64,000 nucleotides of DNA from Myxococcota bacterium (GTDB lineage: Bacteria > Myxococcota_A > Polyangia > Polyangiales > Sandaracinaceae). The stretch lies in the NCBI GenBank assembly GCA_036149055.1, contig JAYZQJ010000097.1, positions 1 to 64,000 of the forward strand. The letters are read 5' to 3'. The translations under genes were made by a program, and so were the position numbers. This document shows, in pieces, positions 42,506 to 52,624 of this stretch. The notes below the pieces were generated by a model. It did not search any database, had not been told where the DNA came from, and saw only the letters and a program-made list of their open reading frames with translations. Position 1 is the first letter of the stretch. Each line of letters starts with the position of its first letter.

Positions 42506-43162
42506 TCAACGTGGCGCGACCTCGATGGAGGCGCTCGCCTCCGCGCTGCGGACGGTGACGGTGCGCGCACCGGCGGTCACATCCGCCTCGCCCTCGTAGC
42601 GCCCGACGTCGACCTGCCGGACTCGCTCGAGCCCCTCGACCCGCGAGAGATCGAGCGCGATCGGCTGCCCGCGCCAGGTGGGCTCGACCGCGATCCGGGC
42701 CCACCGCTCGCCCGAGGTCGAGTCGCGCACGTCGCACTCGCCGTCGACGTCGGTCACGCACGAGAGCGCCAGCGCGTCCGCGTAGGCGGCGTCGAAGGCG
42801 AGCGCCTCGGTGTGGACCTCGCCGGTGTCGAGCCGGGTCACGCGCGCCTCGATCCCGACCGCGCCGACGTCCCGGACCGCCACCGAGAGCACCTCGAAGG
42901 GCGGCGCGCTCGGTCGGATCACGTCGCAGCCGGCGTCACAGAGGAGCTCGCGGTCCACGTCGATCGGGGTGCAGTAGCGGACGAGCGGGCCGGCGACGCG
43001 GCTCTCCACGTCGCAGGGCTCGTCGAACCACTCCATGCGCACCTCGAGCGCCGCGCCGGGCTCGATCGCCGCCGGGCAATCGACGCACTCCACCCGTGGG
43101 CCCACCTCGTTCACCTGGCAGCCGGTCGCCACCAGCAGCGCCAGCGCGGTCATCACTCGCAT
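42506..43162 (-). CDS. Hypothetical Cys-containing lipoprotein
   Basis: MRVMTALALLVATGC lipobox. Confidence 0.65.
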   Translation of the reverse strand: MRVMTALALLVATGCQVNEVGPRVECVDCPAAIEPGAALEVRMEWFDEPCDVESRVAGPLVRYCTPIDVDRELLCDAGCDVIRPSAPPFEVLSVAVRDVGAVGIEARVTRLDTGEVHTEALAFDAAYADALALSCVTDVDGECDVRDSTSGERWARIAVEPTWRGQPIALDLSRVEGLERVRQVDVGRYEGEADVTAGARTVTVRSAEASASIEVAPR

Positions 43163-43327
43163 CGCGTCTCCGTCACCTCCGCACCGACCGAGGTGGGTAG
43201 CACACCACGCGCCAGCTCCGTCAGCGGAGCGCGGGCGCGCCTCCGTCACCACGGGTTCACGGTCCGCGGCTTTGGACGTGTCCGAGATTCACATGGATCC
43301 GTCGGAGGCGATCTCGTATCGCCCCGC

Positions 43328-45013
43328 ATGTCTACCTCGCGGCGCGCCGCCCTGGCGCTCTCCTGTCTCGCTGCGCTGCACGCCTCGATCGCGAGCGCGC
43401 AATTCGACCCGGCGGTACACGGGTTCTCGTTCCAGAACTACACGAACGCCGGCGACCCGGTGAACCTCACCGGCGCGGAGCTGCACCGCATGTTCGGAGA
43501 CGCGGTCTGCGCGGGCGGCTCGGGGCCGAGCTGCCGGCTCACCCCGCAGGCGGCGCAGTGGGCCGAGCAGATCAGCAACGCGATGGGCGGCGGTCACTGC
43601 GAGGGCATGGCGGTGCTCAGCCTCCGCTTCTTCCTCGGCGCGCAGCAGGCCAGCGACTTCGGCGCCGACACGCCCTACGGGCTGAGCCTCGAGGGCAACA
43701 CCGACCTCCAGCGCGAGATCGGCTACTGGTGGGCGCTCCAGGCGGTGCCGCCGGTCAGCACGACCCGGGTGGCCGGCGACGGCTTCGACATCCTCGACCA
43801 GCTCGAGCCCTCGCTCTGGGGCGAGGTCGAGGAGTCCTACACCGTGGCGTTCTTCAAGCGGAACATGAGCGGCGGCCACGCGGTGACGCCCTACGACGTG
43901 GTCGAGTACGACGACGGCACGCTCGCGATCCTCGTCTACGACAACAACTTCCCGGGCGAGGAGCGCGAGATCCTGATCGACCCGATGACCGGCGCGTGGA
44001 CCTACGTGGCCGCCGCCAACCCCGACGACGTCGCGTCGCGTTACGAGGGCGACGCGAGCTCGAACACCCTGATGCTCATCCCGATGTCGGTGCGCGAGGG
44101 CGCGCTGCAGTGCCCCTTCTGCGGCAGCTACCGCGCGGGCGCGAGCGGGCGGCGCACGGTCTCGGTGACCGGCGACGCGACCCTGCTGCTCATGGACGAG
44201 ACCGGCGCGCGCCTCGGGCATCTGCCCGACGGATCGTTCGTGGACGAGATCGAGGGCGCCGACTTCGTGGCCCCGACCTCGGATGATCTCTGGCGCGATC
44301 AGAGCGAGCCGCAGTACCTCGTGTCGAGCAGCGCGCCGATCGAGATCGCCATCGGCGACGCGGGCTACGGCGGCGGCGACAGCGACCTCGGCGTGCTCGG
44401 GCCGGGCTACTACCTCGGCGTCGAGAACCTGCTGCTCGACCCGGGCCAGCTCGACGTCGCGACGCTCCTGCCCGATCGCGCCGGCCTCGTCTACGAGACC
44501 GAGGGGATGGAGACGCCCGACATCGTGCTCGCCGCCGAGACCGACGCCGCGGACTGGCTGGCCATCGTGCGCTCGCGCGGCGACTCGGGCGGGCAGGTCA
44601 TCGCGGCCGAGATCGACTTCGCCGACGGCGGCTCGCTCACCCTCGCCTTCGACGGCGCCGACGCGGAGAGCGAGATGGATCTCTACCTCACGCGGATCGA
44701 CGGAGACTCCGTCCTGGAGTTCGGCCACGAGAACATCGTCGTGCCGAACGGCGCCGAGCTGACCGTCCTCTTCGCCGACTTCGACGAGGACGGCGAGGGG
44801 CTCTCGATCGACGTCGACATGGACCGCGACGGAAGCGCGGACATGTCGATCCCGATCAGCGACGAGGGCGGCGCGGGCCCCGGCCCCGGGCCCGGCGGGA
44901 GCGACGACGGCGGCGGCTGCGCCGTCCGCTCCGGATCGAGCGGGAGCGCCCCCGCGCTGCTCGGCTTCGCGCTCGTCGCCCTCGCCCTGTCGAGGCGGCG
45001 CCGAGCCCGATAG
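43328..45013 (+). CDS. MYXO-CTERM surface protein with putative papain-like Cys-His-Asp domain
   Basis: Signal peptide; GGHCEGMA, GGHAVTPY, VYDNNFP; C-terminal GGGCAV, TM and RRRR. Confidence 0.78.
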   Translation: MSTSRRAALALSCLAALHASIASAQFDPAVHGFSFQNYTNAGDPVNLTGAELHRMFGDAVCAGGSGPSCRLTPQAAQWAEQISNAMGGGHCEGMAVLSLRFFLGAQQASDFGADTPYGLSLEGNTDLQREIGYWWALQAVPPVSTTRVAGDGFDILDQLEPSLWGEVEESYTVAFFKRNMSGGHAVTPYDVVEYDDGTLAILVYDNNFPGEEREILIDPMTGAWTYVAAANPDDVASRYEGDASSNTLMLIPMSVREGALQCPFCGSYRAGASGRRTVSVTGDATLLLMDETGARLGHLPDGSFVDEIEGADFVAPTSDDLWRDQSEPQYLVSSSAPIEIAIGDAGYGGGDSDLGVLGPGYYLGVENLLLDPGQLDVATLLPDRAGLVYETEGMETPDIVLAAETDAADWLAIVRSRGDSGGQVIAAEIDFADGGSLTLAFDGADAESEMDLYLTRIDGDSVLEFGHENIVVPNGAELTVLFADFDEDGEGLSIDVDMDRDGSADMSIPISDEGGAGPGPGPGGSDDGGGCAVRSGSSGSAPALLGFALVALALSRRRRAR

Positions 45014-45023
45014 TCCCCCGAGC

Positions 45024-46910
45024 TCAGCGGCGGCGACGGAGCCCGAGGAGCGCGAGGGCCGCGAGCGCGAGCCAGGGCGGCGCCCCGGACCCGGCGGCGC
45101 GGCAGCCGCAGCCGCCCTCGAGCTCTTCTCCGTCCGGGGGCGAGCCGCCGTCGGGCGTGGGGGACGCGGCGTCGACCCCGGGGGCGGCGGCGTCGGAGCC
45201 CACGGGGGGCGCGCCCGCGTCCGGGTCGGTGGTCACCGGCGGGTCGCAGAGCCCCTCCATGCCCGCGCACGAGCAGTCGGACGCGCAGGCGCGGAAGCGG
45301 GACCAGACCTCGGTGGTGAACGCGGTCTTGTAGGCGCTGCCCCCGTCGGCGTTGGTGCAGTGACGGTCGGCGTAGCGCCCGCTGCCCGGCCGACACACGC
45401 AGGTGCCGGGCGGCCCCGAGGTGCAGTCGTCGGGGCTCGACGGATCGAGCGGATCGGCGGCGTCGCAGGGATCGGGCGCCGTCCACGCGCCGCACTCGAC
45501 CCAGCGATCGGTGTACTCGATCATCAGCGGGTGGCCGTCGTCGCGGGGCCAGGCGGCGAGCAGATCCGGCACGAGGTGCGCGGTGAGCACGAAGGCGCGC
45601 GCGGCCGGGGAGAAGATCTCCTGGTAGCTGCCGCCGGGGCTTCCGCCGTCGATGAAGCCGAAGGGGTCGCCGCACACCCGGTTGCAGCTGCCCGGCCAGT
45701 CCGGGTAGCAGCGGCCGAGGTACTCGCCGACCGTGCACATCGAGATCCCGCCGGCGCCGGGGTAGGCGCCGTAGAGCACCTCGCCGACGCCGCCGCGCGC
45801 GCCGTCGGGATCGGCCACCGGGCTCCAGTAGACCTGCGAGCGCTCCGCGAAGCGCCCAGGGGACATCGCGTCCATCGCCGCGCGCCAGTCGTCGCGGCCG
45901 AGGAGCGCCGCCGCGAGGTACGGCCAGGTGGTCCGGCCCTGCCCGTGGCCGCCGTTCGCGCCCCAGGAGGTCGCCACCGGCTCGAGCAGCATGTGGTGCA
46001 GGTCGATGCCGCGCTGCACGAGGCAAGCCGCCATGCGGTCGGTGCGGTCCTCGAAGAGCGCCCGCAGCAGCCAGTCGCCCAGCTCGCGCGAGACGTAGCC
46101 GTGGTAGCCGCGCGCCTCGCCGACGTTGAGGTAGCCCTTGAAGTACTGCTGCCGATAGGTGCCCATGTGCTCCACCGGGAGCTGGCAGAGCGCCTGCTCG
46201 GCCACGTCGCGATCGGGCAGCCCGGTGACGCCCTCGAGCGGCAGGCGCGGGAGCCGATCGAGGCGCGCGTCGGACACCGGGATGAGCGGCCGCTCGGTGC
46301 CCACGTACGGCGGGCGGAAGTAGCCGGCGCCGGTGCCGTCGGGCGGCGGATCGCGGAGCACGGTGAGCGCGCCCACGAAGTAGAGGCAGTGCCGCGGCTC
46401 GGAGCCGAGCACGTCGCGCGCGCTGCAGTTGGCGCCGACCACCTCGTCCTGGAACGAGACCGCCTTCACCACCGCGTTGCCCGGCGCGAGCGCGAACGGC
46501 TCGGCGTCGCTCGGGTTGCGGATCGCGGGCGCCTCTCCGGCGGCGAAGCTGCTCCGCGCGTCGAACGCCTGGTTGCGCGAGGCGATGTCCACCATCCACC
46601 CGTTGCAGGTCCCGGCGCCGCAGTCGTCGGTCACCTGCGGCGTGAGCCCGACCAGGTTCGCCCCGTCGCCCACCGCGACCCACGGCGAGCCGTCGACGAA
46701 CCGGCCACAGGGCACCTCGCGGTCGAGCCGGTAGGTGATGGTGGCCCGCCCCTCGTCGTCGCAGCCGGTGCAGGATCGCGCCGCGCGCGCCGCCTCCCGT
46801 CGTGGGGTGGGCGAGACGATCGAGATCTCGGTGCAGCGCTCTTGCGCGGCCGCGAGCGCCGGGATGGAGGGGCTCGACGCGAGGACCAGGAGGAGGGCGA
46901 GAGCGCGCAT
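45024..46910 (-). CDS. Large MYXO-CTERM surface protein of unknown function
   Basis: Signal peptide; Cys-rich ends; GGCGCRAAG..WLALAALALLGLRRRR. Confidence 0.8.
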   Translation of the reverse strand: MRALALLLVLASSPSIPALAAAQERCTEISIVSPTPRREAARAARSCTGCDDEGRATITYRLDREVPCGRFVDGSPWVAVGDGANLVGLTPQVTDDCGAGTCNGWMVDIASRNQAFDARSSFAAGEAPAIRNPSDAEPFALAPGNAVVKAVSFQDEVVGANCSARDVLGSEPRHCLYFVGALTVLRDPPPDGTGAGYFRPPYVGTERPLIPVSDARLDRLPRLPLEGVTGLPDRDVAEQALCQLPVEHMGTYRQQYFKGYLNVGEARGYHGYVSRELGDWLLRALFEDRTDRMAACLVQRGIDLHHMLLEPVATSWGANGGHGQGRTTWPYLAAALLGRDDWRAAMDAMSPGRFAERSQVYWSPVADPDGARGGVGEVLYGAYPGAGGISMCTVGEYLGRCYPDWPGSCNRVCGDPFGFIDGGSPGGSYQEIFSPAARAFVLTAHLVPDLLAAWPRDDGHPLMIEYTDRWVECGAWTAPDPCDAADPLDPSSPDDCTSGPPGTCVCRPGSGRYADRHCTNADGGSAYKTAFTTEVWSRFRACASDCSCAGMEGLCDPPVTTDPDAGAPPVGSDAAAPGVDAASPTPDGGSPPDGEELEGGCGCRAAGSGAPPWLALAALALLGLRRRR

Positions 46911-46980
46911 GTCGTCATCCTACACCTGGACGGCCGCACGCGAACACGACTCGAGAGCGCGAAGCGCCCCGCCCGACGGG

Positions 46981-47898
46981 TCAGGGCAGCGCCGACAGGA
47001 AGCCCCAGAACGCGGGGGCCGTGAAGCCGTCCTGGCGCGCGTGGCCCATGCCCGACGTCTCGCACCAGACGACCGGGTCGCCGCAACCCTCGTAGGCGAC
47101 GCAGGGCGCGGGCTCGGTCGGGGTCGTCCCGTCGCCGCAGCCGTTGCGGGCGAGGTGCGCGTCGCGGGCGCCCTCGCTGGCGGCGATGCCGACCGTGCCG
47201 TCGTCCCGGTCGTGCACGAGCATCGCGCCGACGGTGCCCGCGCAGTCCCGGCCGCCCTGCGCGCCGCCGATGGTGGCCACGCCGCGGAGCACGTCGCCTC
47301 GCGTGCAGGCGAGGCGGTGCGACATGAAGCCGCCGCTCGAGTAGCCGGTGGCGAAGCGGCGCTCGGGGTCGGCGCAGAAGCGCGCCTCGACCTCGGCCAC
47401 CATCGCGTCGAAGAACGCGACGTCCGGCCCATCGGCGCTCGTGTCCCAGCAGCGGTTCACCGCGCGGCCGCGGACGTGGATGGCGTCGCCGCCGCTCTCT
47501 CGCTCGACCGGGACGTTGTTGCGCTCCCGCTCGGCGCGGTCGGAGCAGCCGTGGAACTGGTAGACGACCGGGTAGGCGCGCGCCGGGTCGTAGCCCTCCG
47601 GGAGCCAGATGAACCAGTCCCGGGTCGCGCCGCCCACGTCGAGGGTCTGCGCGGCCCACTCTCCCGCGGCGAGCTCCGGCGCGCGCCCGCAGCCCCCGCT
47701 CGGCGGCCCGGCGTCCGGCAACACGCCCCCGTCCTCCGGCGGGGCAGCGTCGGGCGCGCCTCCGTCCTCGGGCGGCGCGGCGTCGGGACGGAAGCCACCG
47801 TCATCGACCACCGCGGCGTCGTCGCTCGGCGCGTCGGCGTCGCAGCCGACGACCAGCCAGAGGGCGAAGAGCAGTGACGTCGGTCGAAGCGCGCGCAC
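46981..47898 (-). CDS. PHB-depolymerase/feruloyl-esterase (LpqC-like) alpha/beta hydrolase lipoprotein
   Basis: Lipobox VVGC; YPVVYQFHG, DVAFFDAM, TGYSSGGFM, HDRDD, MGH. Confidence 0.82.
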   Translation of the reverse strand: MRALRPTSLLFALWLVVGCDADAPSDDAAVVDDGGFRPDAAPPEDGGAPDAAPPEDGGVLPDAGPPSGGCGRAPELAAGEWAAQTLDVGGATRDWFIWLPEGYDPARAYPVVYQFHGCSDRAERERNNVPVERESGGDAIHVRGRAVNRCWDTSADGPDVAFFDAMVAEVEARFCADPERRFATGYSSGGFMSHRLACTRGDVLRGVATIGGAQGGRDCAGTVGAMLVHDRDDGTVGIAASEGARDAHLARNGCGDGTTPTEPAPCVAYEGCGDPVVWCETSGMGHARQDGFTAPAFWGFLSALP

Positions 47899-47986
47899 GA
47901 CCTACTCTCTCACGGATCGGCGGGGCCGGTCGATCGAACGCGAGGGCTCGACAGGCGGGGGGCTCGGGGCCTAGGTCCGAGCGGAG

Positions 47987-48958
47987 ATGGATTGGGTCTT
48001 CGTCGTGTTCGGGCTCGGGCTGCTCGCGCTGGGAGGCGAGGGGCTCGTCCGCGGAGCCTCGGGCATCGCGCTCGCCGCCCGGGTGACGCCCGCGGTGGTC
48101 GGGCTGACCATCGTGGCCGGCGGCACGTCGATGCCCGAGCTGGTCGTCTCGGTGCAGTCGGCGCTCGGCGGCAACAGCGGCCTGGCGGTCGGGAACGTGG
48201 TTGGCTCCAACCTCTTCAACGTCGGCGCGATCCTCGGGATCGCGGCGCTGGTGCGCCCGCTGGGCGTGACCGGGAGCACGGTGCGGATGGAGTGGCCGGT
48301 GATGTTCCTGGCCACCCTGCAGCTCTATCTGCTCGCCCGGGACGGCACGGTGGACCGGGTCGAGGGGGCGTTCCTCCTGGCGGCGCTGGTCACCTTCACC
48401 GCCTACGCCATCTGGCTGGGACGCGCGACCAGCGCGACCGAGGAGGGAGAGGGCTTCGCCGAGACCGTCACCGCCTCCTTCGGCACGACCGGCGCGCGCG
48501 CGCTCGCGCTCAACCTGCTGGCGGTCGCCGTCGGGGTTGGGCTGCTCGCGGGAGGCTCGACGCTCCTGGTGAGCGGGGCGGTGGGCATCGCCTCCTCCCT
48601 GGGCGTGTCCGACACGGTGATCGGCCTGACGGTGGTGGCCGCGGGGACGAGCACGCCGGAGCTCGTGACCTCGCTGGTCGCGGCCCGGCGCGGCCAGGAC
48701 GACATCGCGGTCGCCAACGTCATCGGCTCGTGCATCTTCAATATCCTCGGCATCGCGAGCCTCACCGCGCTCGCGCAGCCGCTCACCGTCGCCGCCGAGA
48801 TCCTGTCGAGGGACATCTGGTGGATGATCGGCGGAGCGGCGGTGCTCTTCCCCATGATCTTCACCGACCGACGGGTCACCCGGCTGGAGGGCGCCGTGCT
48901 CCTGGCGGGGTTCGCGGTCTACCTGGCGCTGGTCGTGCTCGACGCAGTCAGACCTTGA
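47987..48958 (+). CDS. Calcium/sodium antiporter (YrbG/CaCA family)
   Basis: Two alpha repeats: GTSMPEL..GNVVGSNLFN and GTSTPEL..NVIGSCIFN. Confidence 0.92.
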   Translation: MDWVFVVFGLGLLALGGEGLVRGASGIALAARVTPAVVGLTIVAGGTSMPELVVSVQSALGGNSGLAVGNVVGSNLFNVGAILGIAALVRPLGVTGSTVRMEWPVMFLATLQLYLLARDGTVDRVEGAFLLAALVTFTAYAIWLGRATSATEEGEGFAETVTASFGTTGARALALNLLAVAVGVGLLAGGSTLLVSGAVGIASSLGVSDTVIGLTVVAAGTSTPELVTSLVAARRGQDDIAVANVIGSCIFNILGIASLTALAQPLTVAAEILSRDIWWMIGGAAVLFPMIFTDRRVTRLEGAVLLAGFAVYLALVVLDAVRP

Positions 48959-49394
48959 GCAGGCCCGCGCCGTCGAGCGCGGCCAGCACGTCGGCCTTGG
49001 CGTGGGCGGGGTCCGACTCGAGGTCGAGGACCTCCTCCACCGAGGTCCACACCTTGATCCGGTCGGTGTGGTCGACGCGCAGCGTGCGCCCGAGGGTGAC
49101 GATCGAGCGGAGCGCGGTGCGCTGCAGGCTCGTGGTGACGCCATCTCCGAGCACCACCACATGCACGTTCGTCGCGAGCTCGGTCACCGCGAGGAACGTC
49201 TCCCGCAGCGACCGCAGCGTCCCGGCGCTCGGCTCCCGATAGTCCGGCCCCTGGAGCGCCACGTAGACCACCGGGCGCCCGACCTCGTCACGCAGCTTGC
49301 GGACCTCTTTCACCACGCGCGGACCGTCCTCCACCTCCATCCGGGTCCAGCGGATGAAGTAGTACGGCCCGACGGTCAGCGTTCGTCCCGGCAT
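48948..49394 (-). CDS. Hypothetical protein (possible STAS/SEC14-like alpha/beta domain)
   Basis: 148 aa, GGAGGG RBS, normal composition. Confidence 0.6.
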   Translation of the reverse strand: MPGRTLTVGPYYFIRWTRMEVEDGPRVVKEVRKLRDEVGRPVVYVALQGPDYREPSAGTLRSLRETFLAVTELATNVHVVVLGDGVTTSLQRTALRSIVTLGRTLRVDHTDRIKVWTSVEEVLDLESDPAHAKADVLAALDGAGLLKV

Positions 49395-49574
49395 GCCCCT
49401 CCGCGCGGAGGGTACTACGCGGCGCCGTGACGCGTCGGGCGCTGGTGAAGATTGTCGCGAAACCCTGCATCGGGGCGAGACGGATCGCCTCGGCCGTGAC
49501 GTTCGCCCTCGCGTGGATCACCCCCGAGACGGGCCGCCGGCCGCGGCACGTCCGTTGCTGTCCTCACGTCCTCG

Positions 49575-50758
49575 ATGCTGAGATGTCTGCCGAACGGAAC
49601 GAGGTTGGCGCAGTACGAGGTGAACGAGATGCTCGGTCAGGGGGGGATGGGTCACGTGTACGCGGCGACCGACACGCTCCTCGACCGACCGGTGGCGCTG
49701 AAGGTCCTCCGAGGCGGTGACCGGCAGACGCTGCTGGACGAGGGGCGCGCCCTGGCCGCGATCGAGCACGCCGGGGTCGTGCGGGTCTACGGCATCGACG
49801 TGTCCGGCGACCAGCCCTTCGTGGTCATGGAGCGCATCCGCGGCGAGTCGCTCGCCGACCGGCTCGAGCGCGAGGGCGCCCTGCCGCACGACGAGACGCT
49901 CCGGATCCTCGAGGGCGTCGCCGCGGGGCTCGACGCGATCCACCGCGCGGGGCGGATTCACGGGGACGTGAAGCCGGCCAACATCCTGCTCGAGGAGGGC
50001 ACCGGCCGCGTCGTGCTCACCGACCTCGGGCTCTCGCGGGTCATCGCCCACACCGAGCGCCTGCGCGGCGGCACGCCGGAGTACCTGGCCCCCGAGCGCG
50101 CGCGCCGCGCCCCGATGCGGCCCGCGCTCCTGCCGCGCGAGGACGTCTACTCGCTGGCGGTGGTCGCCTACGAGATGCTCACCGGCGACGTGCCCTTCGA
50201 CGCGCAGGACAGCCAGGAGGTGCTGCGGCTCCAGGCGGTCGCGCGCCCTCCCCGGCCGAGCCGGGCCCGCCCGAGCCTCACCTGGCGCATCGACCGCGCG
50301 GTGCTGCACGGGCTCGAGAAGTCGCCCGTCGATCGTCCGGCCACCGCGCCCGGCTTCGTCGACGCGCTGCGGCGCGCGGTGCGCGACGCCGACCAGCCGG
50401 CCGATCTGCTCGTGGCCGACGACGACCGCGGCCTGCTCGAGCTGATGGCGAGGCAGCTCGCCCGGCGCCTCCGGTGCACCGTGCGCACCGCGGCGTGCGG
50501 GGAGACCGCCTTCGAGTCCGCCGCCCGCCGGACGCCGTGGTCGTGGACCTCGAGATGCCCGGCATGAACGGCGTCGAGGTGGTGGCGGCGCTCCGGGAGC
50601 GTCCGGGCCTCGAGGGCGTGCCGTTCGTGGTCGTCAGCGGGCGGGCGACGGCCGCGGACTGGAAGCTCCTCCGCCGCCTCGGCGCGGTGCGCTTCTTCCA
50701 GAAGCCGCTCGACGTCGAGGGCCTCTCCGCGTTCCTCCGCGGCGCGCTCTACTTGTGA
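49575..50758 (+). pseudogene. Ser/Thr kinase-receiver domain fusion interrupted by a frameshift near 50523-50531
   Basis: Kinase (GQGGMG, VALK, HGDVKPAN, DLG, APE), then LLVADDD in the first frame. The receiver continues in another frame as PDAVVVDLEMPGMNG..VVSG..FFQKPLD. Confidence 0.8.
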
Positions 50759-50762
50759 GGCG

Positions 50763-52496
50763 TCAGGCGCGGGCGAGCGCGCGCCTCAGGTCGCGGGGGC
50801 TCACCGGCTTCACGAGGTGACCGTCGAAGCCGGCCTCCAGGGCGCGGCGTCGGTCGCTCTCCTGCCCCCAGCCGGTCACCGCGATGAGGGTCGGGCAGCG
50901 TGGGCCCAGCGCGGCGCGCACGCGGCGGGCGAGCTCGTAGCCCTCCATGTCGGGGAGGCCGATGTCGACCAGCGCGACGTCGCAGCGCCAGTCGGTGAGC
51001 AGCGCCACGCCGCCCGCCCCGTCCTCGGCGTCCTCGACCTCGTGACCCCAGCGCGCGAGCAGGAGCGCCACCATCTCGCGGAGGTCCTCCTGGTCTTCGA
51101 CCACCGCGACCCGCAGCGGACCCGACGAGGGCTCGGCGGCCTCGGGGACGGGCTCCGGTGACGCCGCCGCGGAGGCTTCGATCGGCAGCTCGAGCCGGAA
51201 GGTCGAGCCCCGCCCCGCGCCCTCGCTGTGCGCGGCGACCCGGCCTCCGTGCAGCTCGATCAGCTGCCGAGCGAGGTGCAGCCCGAGGCCGAGGCCGCCC
51301 TGGCCGACGCGCTCCTGCACGAACGCGTCGAAGATCGTGCCCAGCATCTTCGGCTCGATGCCGCGCCCGTCGTCCTCGACGACGACCTCGGCGGTCTCGC
51401 CGTCGGCCTTCACCGTCAGCGTCACGTGGCCGCCCGGCGCGGTGTAGCGGGCCGCGTTGTTGAGCAGGTTCGAGATCACCTGCGCGAGCCGCACCGCGTC
51501 GCCGCGGAGGGGGACCGGCGCCTCGGGCAGGTCCACCTTCAGGGTGTGCTCGCGCTCGTCGATCCGGGCGCGGCTGAGCTCGATGGCCCGCGCCACCGCC
51601 TCGCGCAGGTCGAAGTCGGCGCGCCGGAGCTCGATCTTGCCGGACGTGACCCGCGAGACGTCGAGCAGGTCGTCGACCAGCCGCTGCACGTGCGCGAGCT
51701 GCCGCTCGATGCGCTGCCAGATCTCGGTCAGCTCCGGATCGTCGCGGTCCTGCAGCAGCCCGACCGCGTAGGACAGCGGGGCCAGCGGGTTGCGGAGCTC
51801 GTGGGCGAGCGTGGCCAGGAACTGGTCCTTGCGCCGGTCCGACTCGGCGAGCCGGGCGTGGGTCCGCTTGAGCTCGCGCTGGGCGGCCGAGCGCTCGGCG
51901 ATGGTGCAGGCGAGCTCGGTGGCGCGCGCGGCCATCGCCCGGGCGAGCTCGCGCTGCTCGGCCATCTGCCCCTCGAGCCGCTCGCGCTCCCACCGCGCGC
52001 GCTCCTCGGCCAGGTGGCGCTCGGCGGCGGCGCGCTCGTGCGCCTGGATGGCGGCCGCCTGCCGCTTCATGGCCTCGGTCCGCTCGAAGAGCTCGACGAA
52101 GACCCGCACCTTCGACCGCAGCACCGACGGCTGCAGCGGCTTGAACAGGAAGTCGACCGCGCCGAGCGCGTAGCCCCGCAGCACCCGCTCGTCGCTCTGG
52201 TCGTAGGCGGTGGCGAAGATGATCGGCAGGTGCGCGGTGCGCGGGCGCTGCCGGATCAGCCGCGCCGTCTCGAAGCCGTCGAGCCCCGGCATCTGCACGT
52301 CGAGGATCACGACCGCGAACTGCCCGCTCAGCAGCTGCTTCAGCGCCTCCTCCCCCGAGCCCACCTTCAGGAGCCGGTGACCGAGGTCGCCGAGGGCCGC
52401 CTCGATGGCGAGGAGGTTCGCCGGCTCGTCGTCCACCACGAGGATGGACGACGCCGGAGCACCGTCGCCGGGCGCTTCGTGGGTGGGGGAGATCAC
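50763..52496 (-). CDS. Hybrid sensor histidine kinase (REC-coiled coil-HisKA-HATPase-REC)
   Basis: ILVVDDEPAN, LDVQMPGLDG, LAHELRNPLAP, NLLNNAARY, DDGRGI, GLGLGL, VDIGLPDMEG. Start uncertain (ORF open to 52586). Confidence 0.9.
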   Translation of the reverse strand: MISPTHEAPGDGAPASSILVVDDEPANLLAIEAALGDLGHRLLKVGSGEEALKQLLSGQFAVVILDVQMPGLDGFETARLIRQRPRTAHLPIIFATAYDQSDERVLRGYALGAVDFLFKPLQPSVLRSKVRVFVELFERTEAMKRQAAAIQAHERAAAERHLAEERARWERERLEGQMAEQRELARAMAARATELACTIAERSAAQRELKRTHARLAESDRRKDQFLATLAHELRNPLAPLSYAVGLLQDRDDPELTEIWQRIERQLAHVQRLVDDLLDVSRVTSGKIELRRADFDLREAVARAIELSRARIDEREHTLKVDLPEAPVPLRGDAVRLAQVISNLLNNAARYTAPGGHVTLTVKADGETAEVVVEDDGRGIEPKMLGTIFDAFVQERVGQGGLGLGLHLARQLIELHGGRVAAHSEGAGRGSTFRLELPIEASAAASPEPVPEAAEPSSGPLRVAVVEDQEDLREMVALLLARWGHEVEDAEDGAGGVALLTDWRCDVALVDIGLPDMEGYELARRVRAALGPRCPTLIAVTGWGQESDRRRALEAGFDGHLVKPVSPRDLRRALARA

Positions 52497-52624
52497 GCGG
52501 GGGCAGAGGGGTTCGATAGGCGCCCACGGCGGCCACCACAAGACCGTCGAGTGGCGCGGGAGGCCTCCACCGAGTAAGGAGCCCACCTCACTCCGGACAC
52601 GAAACGGCCGCGCCTGGACCCTCG

